This document shows, piece by piece, positions 47,809 to 57,335 of a stretch of DNA of 64,000 nucleotides. Location: positions 146,669 through 210,668 of the forward strand of contig JBDHJS010000003.1 of NCBI GenBank assembly GCA_039586795.1, read 5' to 3'. Every line of letters starts with the position of its first letter. Position 1 is the first letter of the stretch. The position numbers and the translations under genes were made by a program. The DNA comes from Gemmatimonadota bacterium (GTDB taxonomy: Bacteria; Gemmatimonadota; Gemmatimonadetes; Palauibacterales; KS3-K002). A model generated the notes under the pieces. The model searched no databases. It saw only the letters and a list, made by a program, of their open reading frames with translations, and had not been told where the DNA came from.

Positions 47809-49404
47809 TCACGATTCTTCAGGCTCCTCCGGAATCTCGACGTGTTCTTCCTGCCACAGCTGTTCCCAGCCCGCCTCTTCGCCTTCGACCAGGCGAGCGT
47901 CTACATCGCGCTTCAGCTCGCGCCAAACATCCTCACTCAACAAACCACGCCGTAGCGCTTCATCTAACGCGGCGCGCTCGGCGCTGAACAACCTCGTCGT
48001 CACGCGACCCAACTGTCGACGTCGCACAGCGCTGTGGTCCTCCGTCATTCGACCTAGTTTCTCGGCGCTGCTGGACCGCTTTCGCTCGAAGTACCGTTCC
48101 AACTCGTTTCGCAGCTGCTCGGAGAGCTCGCCGCGACGGTATAGCTCCTCCAACTCGACCAGCGCCGCTCCAGACGCCATGGCCCGTCCCTGCGCCAGTT
48201 CGAACTCCTCTTGCTCGGCTGAGCGCTGCAACAGCCCGAGTCGGCGCAGCAGAGGCTTGACCGTTACGCCCTGCACCAAGAGGGAGAGAAATACGGCGCC
48301 CAACGTGATCGCTCTCAACCTGGCAACATCAGGAACGTCGGCGGACAAGCTAAGCGCGAGAGCCACCGGGATACTTCCGCGCAGCCCCGCCCAGTTTGCC
48401 GCGTGAATCCAACTCGAAGGAAAGTGGCGGTTGGCCGTCAGCTTGTAGACCCCCAGCAACCCGTAGACCGCGAAGGAACGAATGGCGATCATCGCAGCAA
48501 ATACGATGGCGATCTCGGCAACGTAACTAAGCAGATGACCGCGCTCGACACTCAACCCGATGAGAAGAAACAGCACACCGTTTACGAGGAATGCGCCGAT
48601 CTCCCAGAAATGTTTGAGGCTCAGCCGCGTGCTGGGGCTCATGGAGAAAATGCGTCCGTAGTTGCCGATGATGAGCCCAGCTACCACCACAGCTATAACG
48701 CCAGACACTTCGAGTCGCTCGGCCACCAGGTACGATCCGTAGGCGAGCACGACCGAGAGGCCGACTTCGATGAGATGATCATCGATCACGCTGTACAGCC
48801 GATGCGTCAGATAGCCCAACACCATGCCGACCAGCGCGCCCCCAGCGACCACCTTCACGAACTCGATAGTGCCGCCCAAGAATGAAATCGAAACGCCGTG
48901 AAGGATGACTTCCAAAACGATGAGGTAGAGAACGACGGCGATTCCGTCGTTGAATACGGACTCGCCTTCGACGATCGTCTGAAGTCCCCTGGCGACGCCG
49001 TGCTCTTTGAAAAGCGAAAGAACCGAAACCGGATCTGTGGGACTCAGCATCACGCCAAGCAGAGTGGCGAGCGCCGGCGGCATGCCCAGGCCATAGTGGA
49101 ACACGGCTGTCAACAACATCACCTGGACCAGAGTACCGAGCAGAGCCAGCAGCCCGACCGGTGTGGCGTACCGCCTCAACACCTCGAGGTCCATGTTTAT
49201 GGTGCCCTCGAATAGCAGAGGTGGCAGAAAGACCAGCAGCCACAGGTGAGGATCGACTGGAAGAGCGGGCACGTCCGGCAGCAGCCCTACCGCCACACCG
49301 GCAAGCACCAACGCTATCGTGTAGGGCAACCGAACGTACTGCACGACGATCGCGACGATCGACGCGACCAGCAGCAGCTCCACAATCAAGGTCGTCTGAC
49401 TCAT
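47809..49404 (-). CDS. CPA1-family Na+/H+ antiporter
   Basis: VFLPPLLFE, SPTDPVSV, EGESVFNDG and WAGLRGSIPVALAL. Confidence 0.92.
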   Translation of the reverse strand: MSQTTLIVELLLVASIVAIVVQYVRLPYTIALVLAGVAVGLLPDVPALPVDPHLWLLVFLPPLLFEGTINMDLEVLRRYATPVGLLALLGTLVQVMLLTAVFHYGLGMPPALATLLGVMLSPTDPVSVLSLFKEHGVARGLQTIVEGESVFNDGIAVVLYLIVLEVILHGVSISFLGGTIEFVKVVAGGALVGMVLGYLTHRLYSVIDDHLIEVGLSVVLAYGSYLVAERLEVSGVIAVVVAGLIIGNYGRIFSMSPSTRLSLKHFWEIGAFLVNGVLFLLIGLSVERGHLLSYVAEIAIVFAAMIAIRSFAVYGLLGVYKLTANRHFPSSWIHAANWAGLRGSIPVALALSLSADVPDVARLRAITLGAVFLSLLVQGVTVKPLLRRLGLLQRSAEQEEFELAQGRAMASGAALVELEELYRRGELSEQLRNELERYFERKRSSSAEKLGRMTEDHSAVRRRQLGRVTTRLFSAERAALDEALRRGLLSEDVWRELKRDVDARLVEGEEAGWEQLWQEEHVEIPEEPEES

Positions 49405-49509
49405 CGGCCACAAAGATGGGCCCGAAGACCGGCTTCGGGTAGGTCGAGATGGCTCACGCCTGACACGCCCCTTGCTATGGACGACACCACCGCCTTAGCA
49501 TCGCTTCCC

Positions 49510-50430
49510 ATGAACTCCCGCAACGGGCTCGCTGTACAGCTACAGGGCATCAACAAGCGCTACGGCTCTAAGCTCGCTGTAGACTCGCTGGATCTAGAGG
49601 TGCCCCGCGCCACCATCTGTGGTCTTCTGGGGCCGAACGGTGCCGGCAAAACGACGACGATCCGCATCATTCTCGACATCATCGGCGCCGACAGTGGCAG
49701 AGTAACGGTCCTGGGCGGTCACCTGACCCCAAAACTGCGAGATCTCATCGGCTATCTGCCGGAAGAGCGCGGTCTCTACCCAAAGATGAAGGTCCTGGAG
49801 CACCTGGTCTTCCTAGGGCAAATCAAGGGCACACAACGACAGATTGCCGCGAAGCGGGCAAAGAGCTGGCTGGATCGGCTAGAGCTAGGCGACTGGGTCG
49901 ACAAACGCGTACAGGATCTATCCCGCGGGATGCAGCAAAAGGTGCAGTTCATTGGCACCGTACTCCACGAGCCCGAACTACTCATCCTCGACGAGCCGTT
50001 TTCCGGTCTCGACCCGCTGAATGTGGACCTGCTCAAGGAGATCGTGGTCGAGCAACGGTCGCGGGGCGCCACGGTCTTGTTTTCGACCCACAACATGGAT
50101 CAGGCCGAACGACTGTGCGAACGCGTGGTGATGATAAAGGACGCTCACAAGGTGCTGGATGGGACGTTGACGACGATCAAGCACGAAGCGTGGTTGGCGG
50201 GCCAAAGACAGGTCCTTATCGCGTTCGATGGCGATGAATCGTTCTTGAGACAATCGCACCTCGTGGTCAATGTCGAGGACAGGGGAACCCACCAAGCAGT
50301 CTCGTTGGCGGACAATGTTCAACCCCAGGCACTTCTCGAGGAGTCGATCCGAGCTGGTGCCATCGTGAGCCGCTTCGAGGTGGCTGAGCCGTCCCTACAC
50401 GAGATCTTCGTGGCGAGGGCCCGTGAATAA
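49510..50430 (+). CDS. ABC-2 type transporter ATP-binding protein (NatA/YhaQ-like)
   Basis: GPNGAGKTT, IGYLPEERGLY, LSRGMQQK, LILDEPFSGLDP and EPSLHEIF. Confidence 0.93.
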   Translation: MNSRNGLAVQLQGINKRYGSKLAVDSLDLEVPRATICGLLGPNGAGKTTTIRIILDIIGADSGRVTVLGGHLTPKLRDLIGYLPEERGLYPKMKVLEHLVFLGQIKGTQRQIAAKRAKSWLDRLELGDWVDKRVQDLSRGMQQKVQFIGTVLHEPELLILDEPFSGLDPLNVDLLKEIVVEQRSRGATVLFSTHNMDQAERLCERVVMIKDAHKVLDGTLTTIKHEAWLAGQRQVLIAFDGDESFLRQSHLVVNVEDRGTHQAVSLADNVQPQALLEESIRAGAIVSRFEVAEPSLHEIFVARARE

Positions 50431-51670
50431 GCTGCTAGCCGTTGTCCGCCGCGAGTACGTCGCCCGCGTGCGCAGCAGGTGGTTCATCATCAGCACGATA
50501 CTCGTGCCTGTGCTGCTGGTCGGCGCCATGGCCCTCCCCGTTCTGCTCGCGACCCAACAAGCGCAGCGGGCTGTGACCGTGAGCGTCATCGACGACTCGG
50601 ATCGCGTATTGCCCGAGTTGCTCGAGACCGATGCGTTCAGCGGCGGCCGCTTCCGCTACATGCCGGCGCCGCGCTCCGATACCTCAAGTGCGCACCAGGT
50701 GCTGCGCGATCGTGTGCTGAACGGACGGCTCGACGGCTACGTCTACCTTCCCAGCGACGTGCTCGAGGGCGCGACCGCCGAATACTGGATAAGAGAAGGC
50801 ATCAGCCCCTCCGAAGGACTATCCGCCGCCGTGACGGCCGCCGTACAAAGAGTCAGAGCCCGAGAGCTGGGCCTCGAGCCGGAAGCGGCAACACGGCTCA
50901 CACGACAGGTCGAGCTGCATACGTACCGGGTGACGGAGGAAGGTGCGGCCCGCGACCAGGGCCAATCGGTCATCGCCGCTCACGTTCTGGGATTGATCAT
51001 CTACACTGTCGTCTTGCTCTACGGTTCGATGATGTTACGCGCGGCCGTGGCCGAGAAGGCCAGCAAGACAGTGGAGATCATCCTCTCCAGCGTTCGACCC
51101 TGGCAGCTGATGCTCGGCAAGACCCTTGGCGTCGGAGGCGTGGGGCTCACTCAGATCGGCATCTGGATGTCGATAGTTGCAATCTTCTTGATCTATGCGG
51201 CGGCCGGACAGGCTTTTGCTGACATCGAATCCATGCAGAACATGCCGATCGGCGTCGACACGCTCGTACTGTTCATGGCATTGTTCATCACCGGTTTCTT
51301 CCTGTTCGGTGGCATGTACGCGTCCACCGGCGCCATCGCCAGCAGTGAACAGGAAGCTTCGCAGTTGCAGGTGCCCGTCACCGTACTCGCGATCCTGCCA
51401 CTCATGGTGATCATCTTCATACTCGATTCGCCGAGCAGCACTTTGTCCGTTGCCCTTTCGTGGATTCCGTTCTTCACGCCCGTTTTATTCCTTGCCCGTT
51501 ACATCCTGGGGGCGGTTCAGCCCTGGGAGTTCCCAATCGTGTTCCTGCTGCAGTTCGTCTCGATCTTCGTGGTCGCCTGGCTGGGTGGTCGCATATATCG
51601 ATTGGGACTGTTGATGACCGGCAAGCGGCCGACGCTGCCAGAGTTGGTGCGGTGGGTGCGCCATGGGTGA
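50423..51670 (+). CDS. ABC-2 type transporter permease (NatB/YhaP-like)
   Basis: RREYVARVRS, EKASKTVEIILSS, LMLGKTLG and IYRLGLLMTGK. Confidence 0.9.
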   Translation: MNKLLAVVRREYVARVRSRWFIISTILVPVLLVGAMALPVLLATQQAQRAVTVSVIDDSDRVLPELLETDAFSGGRFRYMPAPRSDTSSAHQVLRDRVLNGRLDGYVYLPSDVLEGATAEYWIREGISPSEGLSAAVTAAVQRVRARELGLEPEAATRLTRQVELHTYRVTEEGAARDQGQSVIAAHVLGLIIYTVVLLYGSMMLRAAVAEKASKTVEIILSSVRPWQLMLGKTLGVGGVGLTQIGIWMSIVAIFLIYAAAGQAFADIESMQNMPIGVDTLVLFMALFITGFFLFGGMYASTGAIASSEQEASQLQVPVTVLAILPLMVIIFILDSPSSTLSVALSWIPFFTPVLFLARYILGAVQPWEFPIVFLLQFVSIFVVAWLGGRIYRLGLLMTGKRPTLPELVRWVRHG

Positions 51671-53081
51671 CTCCACGAGCCGACAGTCAAAACGAACGCC
51701 GACCACGCTGGAGGCGATCCTTCCGTTCGTCACCATGGCCCTGCTGCTTGGCGTCGGCTATGGCGTCTACAAGCTCCGCATCGAAGTACTCTTGCTGGTA
51801 GCAGCGGCAGTAGCCGGGCTGGTAGCCAGCAGACTTGGCTATAGTTGGGCCGACCTTCAAGAGGGAATAATCGAGGGAATCGCCAAGGCGCTACCAGCAG
51901 CGCTGATCCTGGTCTGCGTCGGCGCTCTGATCAGCACGTGGATCGCCGCCGGAACAATCCCGGTGCTGCTTCAGTTCGGATTGCGCACTATTTCACCGCG
52001 CTTCTTCCTGGCCACCGCCTGTATTCTTTGTTCGCTGGTCTCGCTCTTCACCGGTACCTCATGGGGTACTGTCGGGACGATGGGAATTGCCCTTATGGGC
52101 GTCGCCGCAGGACTCGGTATTCCCCTCGGCGCGGCGGCAGGGGCCGTCGTCGCCGGAGCTTACTTTGGCGACAAGATCTCTCCTTTCTCCGATACGACGA
52201 ATCTTGCGCCCGTCGCCGCCCAATCGAATCTCTTCGATCACATCCGGCACATGTTCTGGACGACGATTCCCGCGTTCGTTCTGGGTTTGATCGTCTACCT
52301 GGTGGTTGGCGCGCGTAGCAGCACAGCCGGCTCACCCGAACGTGTGCAGGCCATCCTCGAAACCCTGGGCACAGCTTTTGTGATGAGCCCGTGGACGCTA
52401 TTGCCGCTGCCTATTGTCCTCTACTTCGCCATCCGTAAGAAACCGACCATACCCGGGATCCTTCTGGCCTCGGGGGTCGCGGGAGTCATTGCGGTGGCCG
52501 TACAAGGCGAAGCGATCAATGACGTGGCGGAAGCGATGGTCGCCGGCTACGTGGCACATACCGGCGATCCGGCCGTAGACAACCTGCTGTCCCGCGGCGG
52601 CATGGGTCCGATGATGGAAGTGACGCTCATCGTCTTCGCCGCCTTCTCCTTCGCGGGCATCGTCAACCGCGCCGGCTTTCTGGACGTCGTCCTGGCGATG
52701 CTCCTCCGAACGGCACGGACAACCGGTCAGCTCATAGCAACGACCGTCGGTTCCACCATCTTCACGGCGCTGATCACCGGGTCGAGTTACCTTACGATCC
52801 TCTTGCCTGGAGAGCTCTTCGCACCAGCCTACCGCCAGCGCGACTTGGCAGCCAAGAACCTCTCCCGCACGCTCGAGGACAGCGGCACCGTAATAGTGCC
52901 CTTGATCCCGTGGTCTGCCGCCGGCGTGTTCATGGCCGCGACCCTCGACGTGCCGACCCTCAGTTACCTCCCGTGGGCCGTGCTCAACTACACGGGCTTC
53001 ATCTTCGCCATCATTTACGGATTCACTGGAATCGGCATCGCTCGGCGGGTAAGGGAAGACGAGACGCTCCCGGGTAGCTAG
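51663..53081 (+). CDS. nhaC: NhaC-family antiporter
   Basis: TGTSWGTVGTMG, GAYFGDKISPFSDTTNLA and NLSRTLEDSGT...LIPW. Confidence 0.9.
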   Translation: MGDSTSRQSKRTPTTLEAILPFVTMALLLGVGYGVYKLRIEVLLLVAAAVAGLVASRLGYSWADLQEGIIEGIAKALPAALILVCVGALISTWIAAGTIPVLLQFGLRTISPRFFLATACILCSLVSLFTGTSWGTVGTMGIALMGVAAGLGIPLGAAAGAVVAGAYFGDKISPFSDTTNLAPVAAQSNLFDHIRHMFWTTIPAFVLGLIVYLVVGARSSTAGSPERVQAILETLGTAFVMSPWTLLPLPIVLYFAIRKKPTIPGILLASGVAGVIAVAVQGEAINDVAEAMVAGYVAHTGDPAVDNLLSRGGMGPMMEVTLIVFAAFSFAGIVNRAGFLDVVLAMLLRTARTTGQLIATTVGSTIFTALITGSSYLTILLPGELFAPAYRQRDLAAKNLSRTLEDSGTVIVPLIPWSAAGVFMAATLDVPTLSYLPWAVLNYTGFIFAIIYGFTGIGIARRVREDETLPGS

Positions 53082-53100
53082 TCGAGACAGCCGCGCAGAT

Positions 53101-54060
53101 CTACCCGTGCTCGATCTCGGCCGCCTCGACTGGCGGCCTGGGTCGGCTCAAGATCGTCAACACGGCCGCCGTTATGACGGCGGTCGCGGCCAACGTTCGC
53201 GTATTCAACGCCTCGTCGGCCAGCGCCCAGCCAAGGAACACCGCAACCACAGGATTGACATAGGCGTGAGTGACGACGCGAGATGGCGTCGTAACCCGCA
53301 GCAGCCAGAGGTAAGCTCCCAAAGCGATGATCGAACCAAAGACGGCTAAGTAGGCGACGGACGCGACCGATAGGAACGAAACCTGACTATCGCCCAAGCT
53401 CCCCCACTCGCCTACGACGCTCCCCAACAAGAAGAGCACCACCCCACCCGCAAACATCTCCATCCCCGTCGCCAATACCGGTGACGATGGCAAATGCGAG
53501 CCTCGCGAATAGAGCGATCCAAACGACCAGGTGACCGTGCCCACAAGTATGATGCTAACGCCAACCGCATCGATCCTCCCGGCACCCGCCAACTGCTCCG
53601 GTCCGATCAGTAAGGCGACGCCTACGAAACCCAGGGCGATCCCCATCCACACCCGCAGGCTCGGACGCTCCCCGCGGAAGAACAACCAGTCCACCAGCAC
53701 CATCGACAGTGGACCGACGGCAACGATCAACGCCGCCGCACCTGAAGGAATGCGCTGCTCCGCCCACGAGACGCCGCCGACACCAAACACAAGCATCAGC
53801 ACGCCAACAAGCGTCGCGGCCCACCAGTGCTTTCGTGTCGGCCGCTCCGCGCCGCGCATGCGCGCCCAAGCATACATGAGGCCGCCAGCGATCACGAATC
53901 GGACCGCGGTCATCAAGAATGGAGGAAGAGTCTCGACCGCGAAGCGGATAGCAAGGTAGGTGGAGCCCCAAATCAGATAGATCGCGGCGAAGGCCGCGAT
54001 CAATCCCAGCCTGTGCCGCTGCGCGTCATGAGGCGTCGACGATTCAAATGTGGAACTCAC
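53101..54060 (-). CDS. EamA/DMT family transporter (YedA-like)
   Basis: IYLIWGSTYLAIR, RFVIAGG and HAYVNPVVAVFLG. Confidence 0.92.
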   Translation of the reverse strand: MSSTFESSTPHDAQRHRLGLIAAFAAIYLIWGSTYLAIRFAVETLPPFLMTAVRFVIAGGLMYAWARMRGAERPTRKHWWAATLVGVLMLVFGVGGVSWAEQRIPSGAAALIVAVGPLSMVLVDWLFFRGERPSLRVWMGIALGFVGVALLIGPEQLAGAGRIDAVGVSIILVGTVTWSFGSLYSRGSHLPSSPVLATGMEMFAGGVVLFLLGSVVGEWGSLGDSQVSFLSVASVAYLAVFGSIIALGAYLWLLRVTTPSRVVTHAYVNPVVAVFLGWALADEALNTRTLAATAVITAAVLTILSRPRPPVEAAEIEHG

Positions 54061-54178
54061 GGCGCAGAAATCTCCTCCCCTTCTACCGCGTGCCGCCCGC
54101 TGTCACCATATTGGCACAGCCATGAGCAACTCGCTGATACAAACCTCAATACAGAGAGCGCAAGAGGAGGCGTCGCAA

Positions 54179-55087
54179 GTGCCTGATGTGCTCAACCGCA
54201 TCTGGGAGTCGGTCACCCAGGGCGGCGTCCTCGAGAAGCTCGCCATCCTCTTCATCATCGCCATCGCGCTCTGGGCTCTGTCACGCCTGGTCCGCCGTGG
54301 GATAGACTCACACATCGAAGATGTCAACCAGCGTCATCAGCTACGCAAGGTTGTCACCTATGTGTTCTGGATCGCGCTCGTTGCCACAGGCGTCATCCTC
54401 TTTGCCGAGCGACTGGCTCTCGCCGACATCGGCACAATCGTCGGCCTCATCGCCGCCGCCGTCACCATCGCCCTCGCCGATGTCGTGCGCAGTCTCGCCG
54501 GGTGGATCTACGTAAACTCACGCCGCGGTGTCGAAATCGGGAGCCGCGTCGTGGTTGATGGCATCACAGGTGACGTCATCGACATCGGACTTCTGAAGAC
54601 GACACTGCTGGAAGTCGGTGAGCCGCTGGTCCACGCCATGCAGTCCACCGGACGGATCGTCACGGTGCCCAACAGCGCTTTCCTGAACAAGAACGTGATC
54701 TCGTCGGCCACCGTGAACCCGCTGGTCTGGCACGAAATTCGAATCCTCGTCACCTTCGAGAGCGACTGGAAGAAAGCTCGCGACATCATGAAGGATGTGG
54801 CGATGAAGCTCTACGACGAGATCATCCCCGACCTCCGTGAGGGCTTCAGGAGCCTGGAGCGCGAATATGCTTTCCGCCTCGGCAGCACGGCACCGTACAT
54901 CTACACCGAGATCGCCGACTCAGGCGTGCTTCTGACGTTGCGAAACCTGTGCCCGGTCCGCCGGCGCCGCTCCACCACCGACCGCATATCCGAAGAGATT
55001 CTCGACCGCTTCAACGAAGATGAGACGATCGAGTTCGCCTACCCGACGTATCGGATCTTCAAGCTCGGCGAGGAGGGCGGGGAGTAG
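54179..55087 (+). CDS. MscS-family mechanosensitive channel
   Basis: Three TM helices, GDVIDIGLLKTTLLE, TGRIVTVPNS and IEFAYPT. GAGGAGG lies before GTG 54179, with an alternative ATG at 54122. Confidence 0.88.
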   Translation: MPDVLNRIWESVTQGGVLEKLAILFIIAIALWALSRLVRRGIDSHIEDVNQRHQLRKVVTYVFWIALVATGVILFAERLALADIGTIVGLIAAAVTIALADVVRSLAGWIYVNSRRGVEIGSRVVVDGITGDVIDIGLLKTTLLEVGEPLVHAMQSTGRIVTVPNSAFLNKNVISSATVNPLVWHEIRILVTFESDWKKARDIMKDVAMKLYDEIIPDLREGFRSLEREYAFRLGSTAPYIYTEIADSGVLLTLRNLCPVRRRRSTTDRISEEILDRFNEDETIEFAYPTYRIFKLGEEGGE

Positions 55088-55115
55088 GGGGCAAGGGGTA
55101 AGGGGTAGGGGGTAG
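55082..55115. repeat. tandem GGGGTA(A/G) heptamer repeat
   Basis: gagtagggggcaaggggtaaggggtagggggtag. Confidence 0.65.
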
Positions 55116-55128
55116 TCAGTTTCCACCC

Positions 55129-55171
55129 AAAGAACCGGCCGCAGATGGAAACCTCCCCACCCGCGGCCGGT
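55129..55171 (-). terminator. intrinsic terminator of the minus-strand small RNA/ORF
   Basis: ACCGGCCGC...GCGGCCGGT stem followed by TCTTT. Confidence 0.75.
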
Positions 55172-55241
55172 CGTGTCTGGCTCAACCGGCTCGACGCCTC
55201 GTGGCGTCGCCGGTAACAGCCCGACAGAGGCTGTAGCTAGC

Positions 55242-55301
55242 CTACACCACCTCGAGGCAGCCGATTGCCCGTGCCGGTTGGCCAGATAATTCAACGGACA
55301 T
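55242..55301 (-). CDS. putative 19-aa small peptide MSVELSGQPARAIGCLEVV
   Basis: AAAGGAGGT Shine-Dalgarno with its GGAGG core 6 nt before ATG 55301, and TAG at 55244-55242. Confidence 0.45.
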   Translation of the reverse strand: MSVELSGQPARAIGCLEVV

Positions 55302-55462
55302 GGACCACCTCCTTTCGTTCGGGTTAACGCCAAGGGCACGAAGTCACTGTGACGCCTAGCGTTACACGCCTGGCGTCCCCACAACCTACGGCCTGAACAC
55401 GCCTTGGGGCAAGCTTTTTGATCCACCTTCGTCCCGCCCTGCCCCCGTCTGCCTGAGCAGCC

Positions 55463-55492
55463 TTGACGGCGCTTGGCCCCGTCGGGTATTGT
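55463..55492 (+). promoter_or_regulatory. putative sigma70 promoter of gcvH
   Basis: TTGACG-N18-TATTGT. Confidence 0.5.
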
Positions 55493-55543
55493 GACGCGCC
55501 AAGCGGTCCCCAACCTGTGAATGGATCCCATTGCGGAGGAACA

Positions 55544-55939
55544 ATGGCTGAAGCGAAAGTCCCCGATAATCTGCTCTATACAGAAGAGCACGAGTGGGTA
55601 GAGAAGCTGGGCGACGACGAGATCTCCGTCGGTATCACCGACTTCGCCCAGGGAGAGCTAAGCGACATCGTCTTCGTTGAACTCCCAGACGTCGGGAGCT
55701 CGTACACCAAGATGGAGCCGTTCGGAGCCATCGAGGCGGTCAAGGCGGTGTCTGACCTTTACACGCCGGTTGGTGGCGAGGTGACTGCGGTGAACGACGG
55801 CCTGGCTGACGAGCCCGGCGTCGTGAATCGTGACCCTTACGGCGAGGGCTGGATGGTCAAGCTCCGAGTCAACGATCCATCTGAGCTGGACGCCCTGCTC
55901 TCAGCAGACGCATACAAGGCCTTGATCGCCGACAGCTAG
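55544..55939 (+). CDS. gcvH: glycine cleavage system H protein
   Basis: YTEEHEW, VGITDFAQGELSDIVFVELP, lipoyl-Lys motif IEAVKAVSD and DPYGEGW. Confidence 0.97.
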   Translation: MAEAKVPDNLLYTEEHEWVEKLGDDEISVGITDFAQGELSDIVFVELPDVGSSYTKMEPFGAIEAVKAVSDLYTPVGGEVTAVNDGLADEPGVVNRDPYGEGWMVKLRVNDPSELDALLSADAYKALIADS

Positions 55940-55993
55940 GCTCGCAAAGGCCTAGCCAGTCGACGTGGCACCTGGAGAAAGATTGATATAACC

Positions 55994-57334
55994 ATGAGTT
56001 ACGTTCCGCATTCGGAGGCGGACCGTCAGGAGATGCTCCGCACGGTAGGCGCCTCCTCCGAAGAGGATCTTTTTACCGATATCCCGGAGAACCTTCGCCT
56101 GAACCGGCCGCTGGATCTGCCGCCCGCCTTGTCGGAATGGGAGGCGGTGAAGGCGCTCCAAGAACTTGCCGGGGAGAGCAAGAACCTACTCTGCTTCGCT
56201 GGCGCCGGTTATTACGATCACTACGTACCTGCGGCGGTCGACCATCTCATCAGGCGCAGCGAGCTGTATACGGCCTACACTCCGTACCAGGCGGAGGTCA
56301 GCCAGGGTACGCTGCAATCGATCTACGAGTTCCAGAGCATGGTCTGCGAGCTCATGGGCCTCGATGTGGCCAACGCCTCGATGTACGACGGCGCGTCCGC
56401 CATGGCCGAGGCCGCAATCATGGCCAACGCGATCCAGCGTAAGCGAAGCAAGATCGTTCTCTCGATCACCGCCAACCCTCACTACCGCCAGGTTCTCGAC
56501 ACCTACAACCTTGGCCTTCAGATACCGGTGGAAATCGCGCCCCGATCGTCCAACGGCGTCACGGACCTCGATGCGCTTAAAGGGATATTGGATGAGGACA
56601 CTGCAGCGGTGATCGTCCAGACTCCCAACTTCTATGGAATCATCGAGGACCTTTCTGCGTTGGCCGCGTTGGCCCACGACGTGGGGGCGCTTCTCATCGC
56701 GGTCGTGGACCCCGTCTCGCTGGCTGTCCTGAAGAGCCCTGGCGAGTGTGGCGCGGACATCGCCGTCGCGGAAGGGCAGCCGTTCGGCATACCCCTGAGC
56801 TTCGGCGGGCCCGTCCTTGGGCTGTTCGCCGCACGCCAGAACCATATCCGAAACATGCCGGGTCGAATCGTCGGTGCCACGGAGGACGTCGACGGAAGAC
56901 GCGGCTTCGTGCTCACATTGCAGACCCGAGAGCAGCACATTCGCCGTGAGAAAGCGACGAGCAACATCTGCACGAACCAGGGCCTGATGGCCCTGGCGGC
57001 AACGATCTACCTGTCTACTGTAGGAAAGGAAGGACTGCGCCAGGTCGCCGACACCTCCGCGCAAATCGCCCACTACGCCTACGACCGGATCGTCGCAGAG
57101 ACGTCGCTGGAGCCCATGTTTCCCGACTCGCCTTTCTTCAGGGAATTCGCCCTGAAGACGCCCCGACCCGCTCGCGAGATCATCGGGATGGGGTCGGAGA
57201 GGGGCGTGTTGCCAGGCGTGGCGCTAACGCGCTTCCCCCACATCGATGTGGAGGACGGCTTGCTGGTCGCGTTTACGGAGAAGCGCTCTCAGGCTGACGT
57301 GGAGCTCCTGCTGGAGGTATTGAAGGAGGCGTAA
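55994..57334 (+). CDS. gcvPA: glycine dehydrogenase (decarboxylating) subunit 1
   Basis: YTAYTPYQAEVSQG, NASMYDGA and LQTREQHIRREKATSNICTNQ. Confidence 0.96.
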   Translation: MSYVPHSEADRQEMLRTVGASSEEDLFTDIPENLRLNRPLDLPPALSEWEAVKALQELAGESKNLLCFAGAGYYDHYVPAAVDHLIRRSELYTAYTPYQAEVSQGTLQSIYEFQSMVCELMGLDVANASMYDGASAMAEAAIMANAIQRKRSKIVLSITANPHYRQVLDTYNLGLQIPVEIAPRSSNGVTDLDALKGILDEDTAAVIVQTPNFYGIIEDLSALAALAHDVGALLIAVVDPVSLAVLKSPGECGADIAVAEGQPFGIPLSFGGPVLGLFAARQNHIRNMPGRIVGATEDVDGRRGFVLTLQTREQHIRREKATSNICTNQGLMALAATIYLSTVGKEGLRQVADTSAQIAHYAYDRIVAETSLEPMFPDSPFFREFALKTPRPAREIIGMGSERGVLPGVALTRFPHIDVEDGLLVAFTEKRSQADVELLLEVLKEA

Positions 57335-57335
57335 G

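Larger units (their letters stand above)
55129..55378 (-). ncRNA. candidate ~250-nt structured RNA carrying a 16S-3'-end complement and a 19-aa ORF
   Basis: It has its own promoter-like element (TTGCCC-N18-TAGGTT, 55412-55383) and terminator, several nested stems, and GAAAGGAGGTGGTCCA held in a loop. Confidence 0.55.

Noticed and set aside
55301..55316. 16S rRNA gene fragment
   Set aside because: Only 16 nt match the 16S 3' end and the flanks are not rRNA-like. It is treated instead as an extended Shine-Dalgarno or anti-16S motif.
55380..55543. Glycine riboswitch upstream of gcvH
   Set aside because: No GGAGA...CCGAAG...CTCTCAGG core is present, and the putative promoter leaves only a ~45-nt leader.
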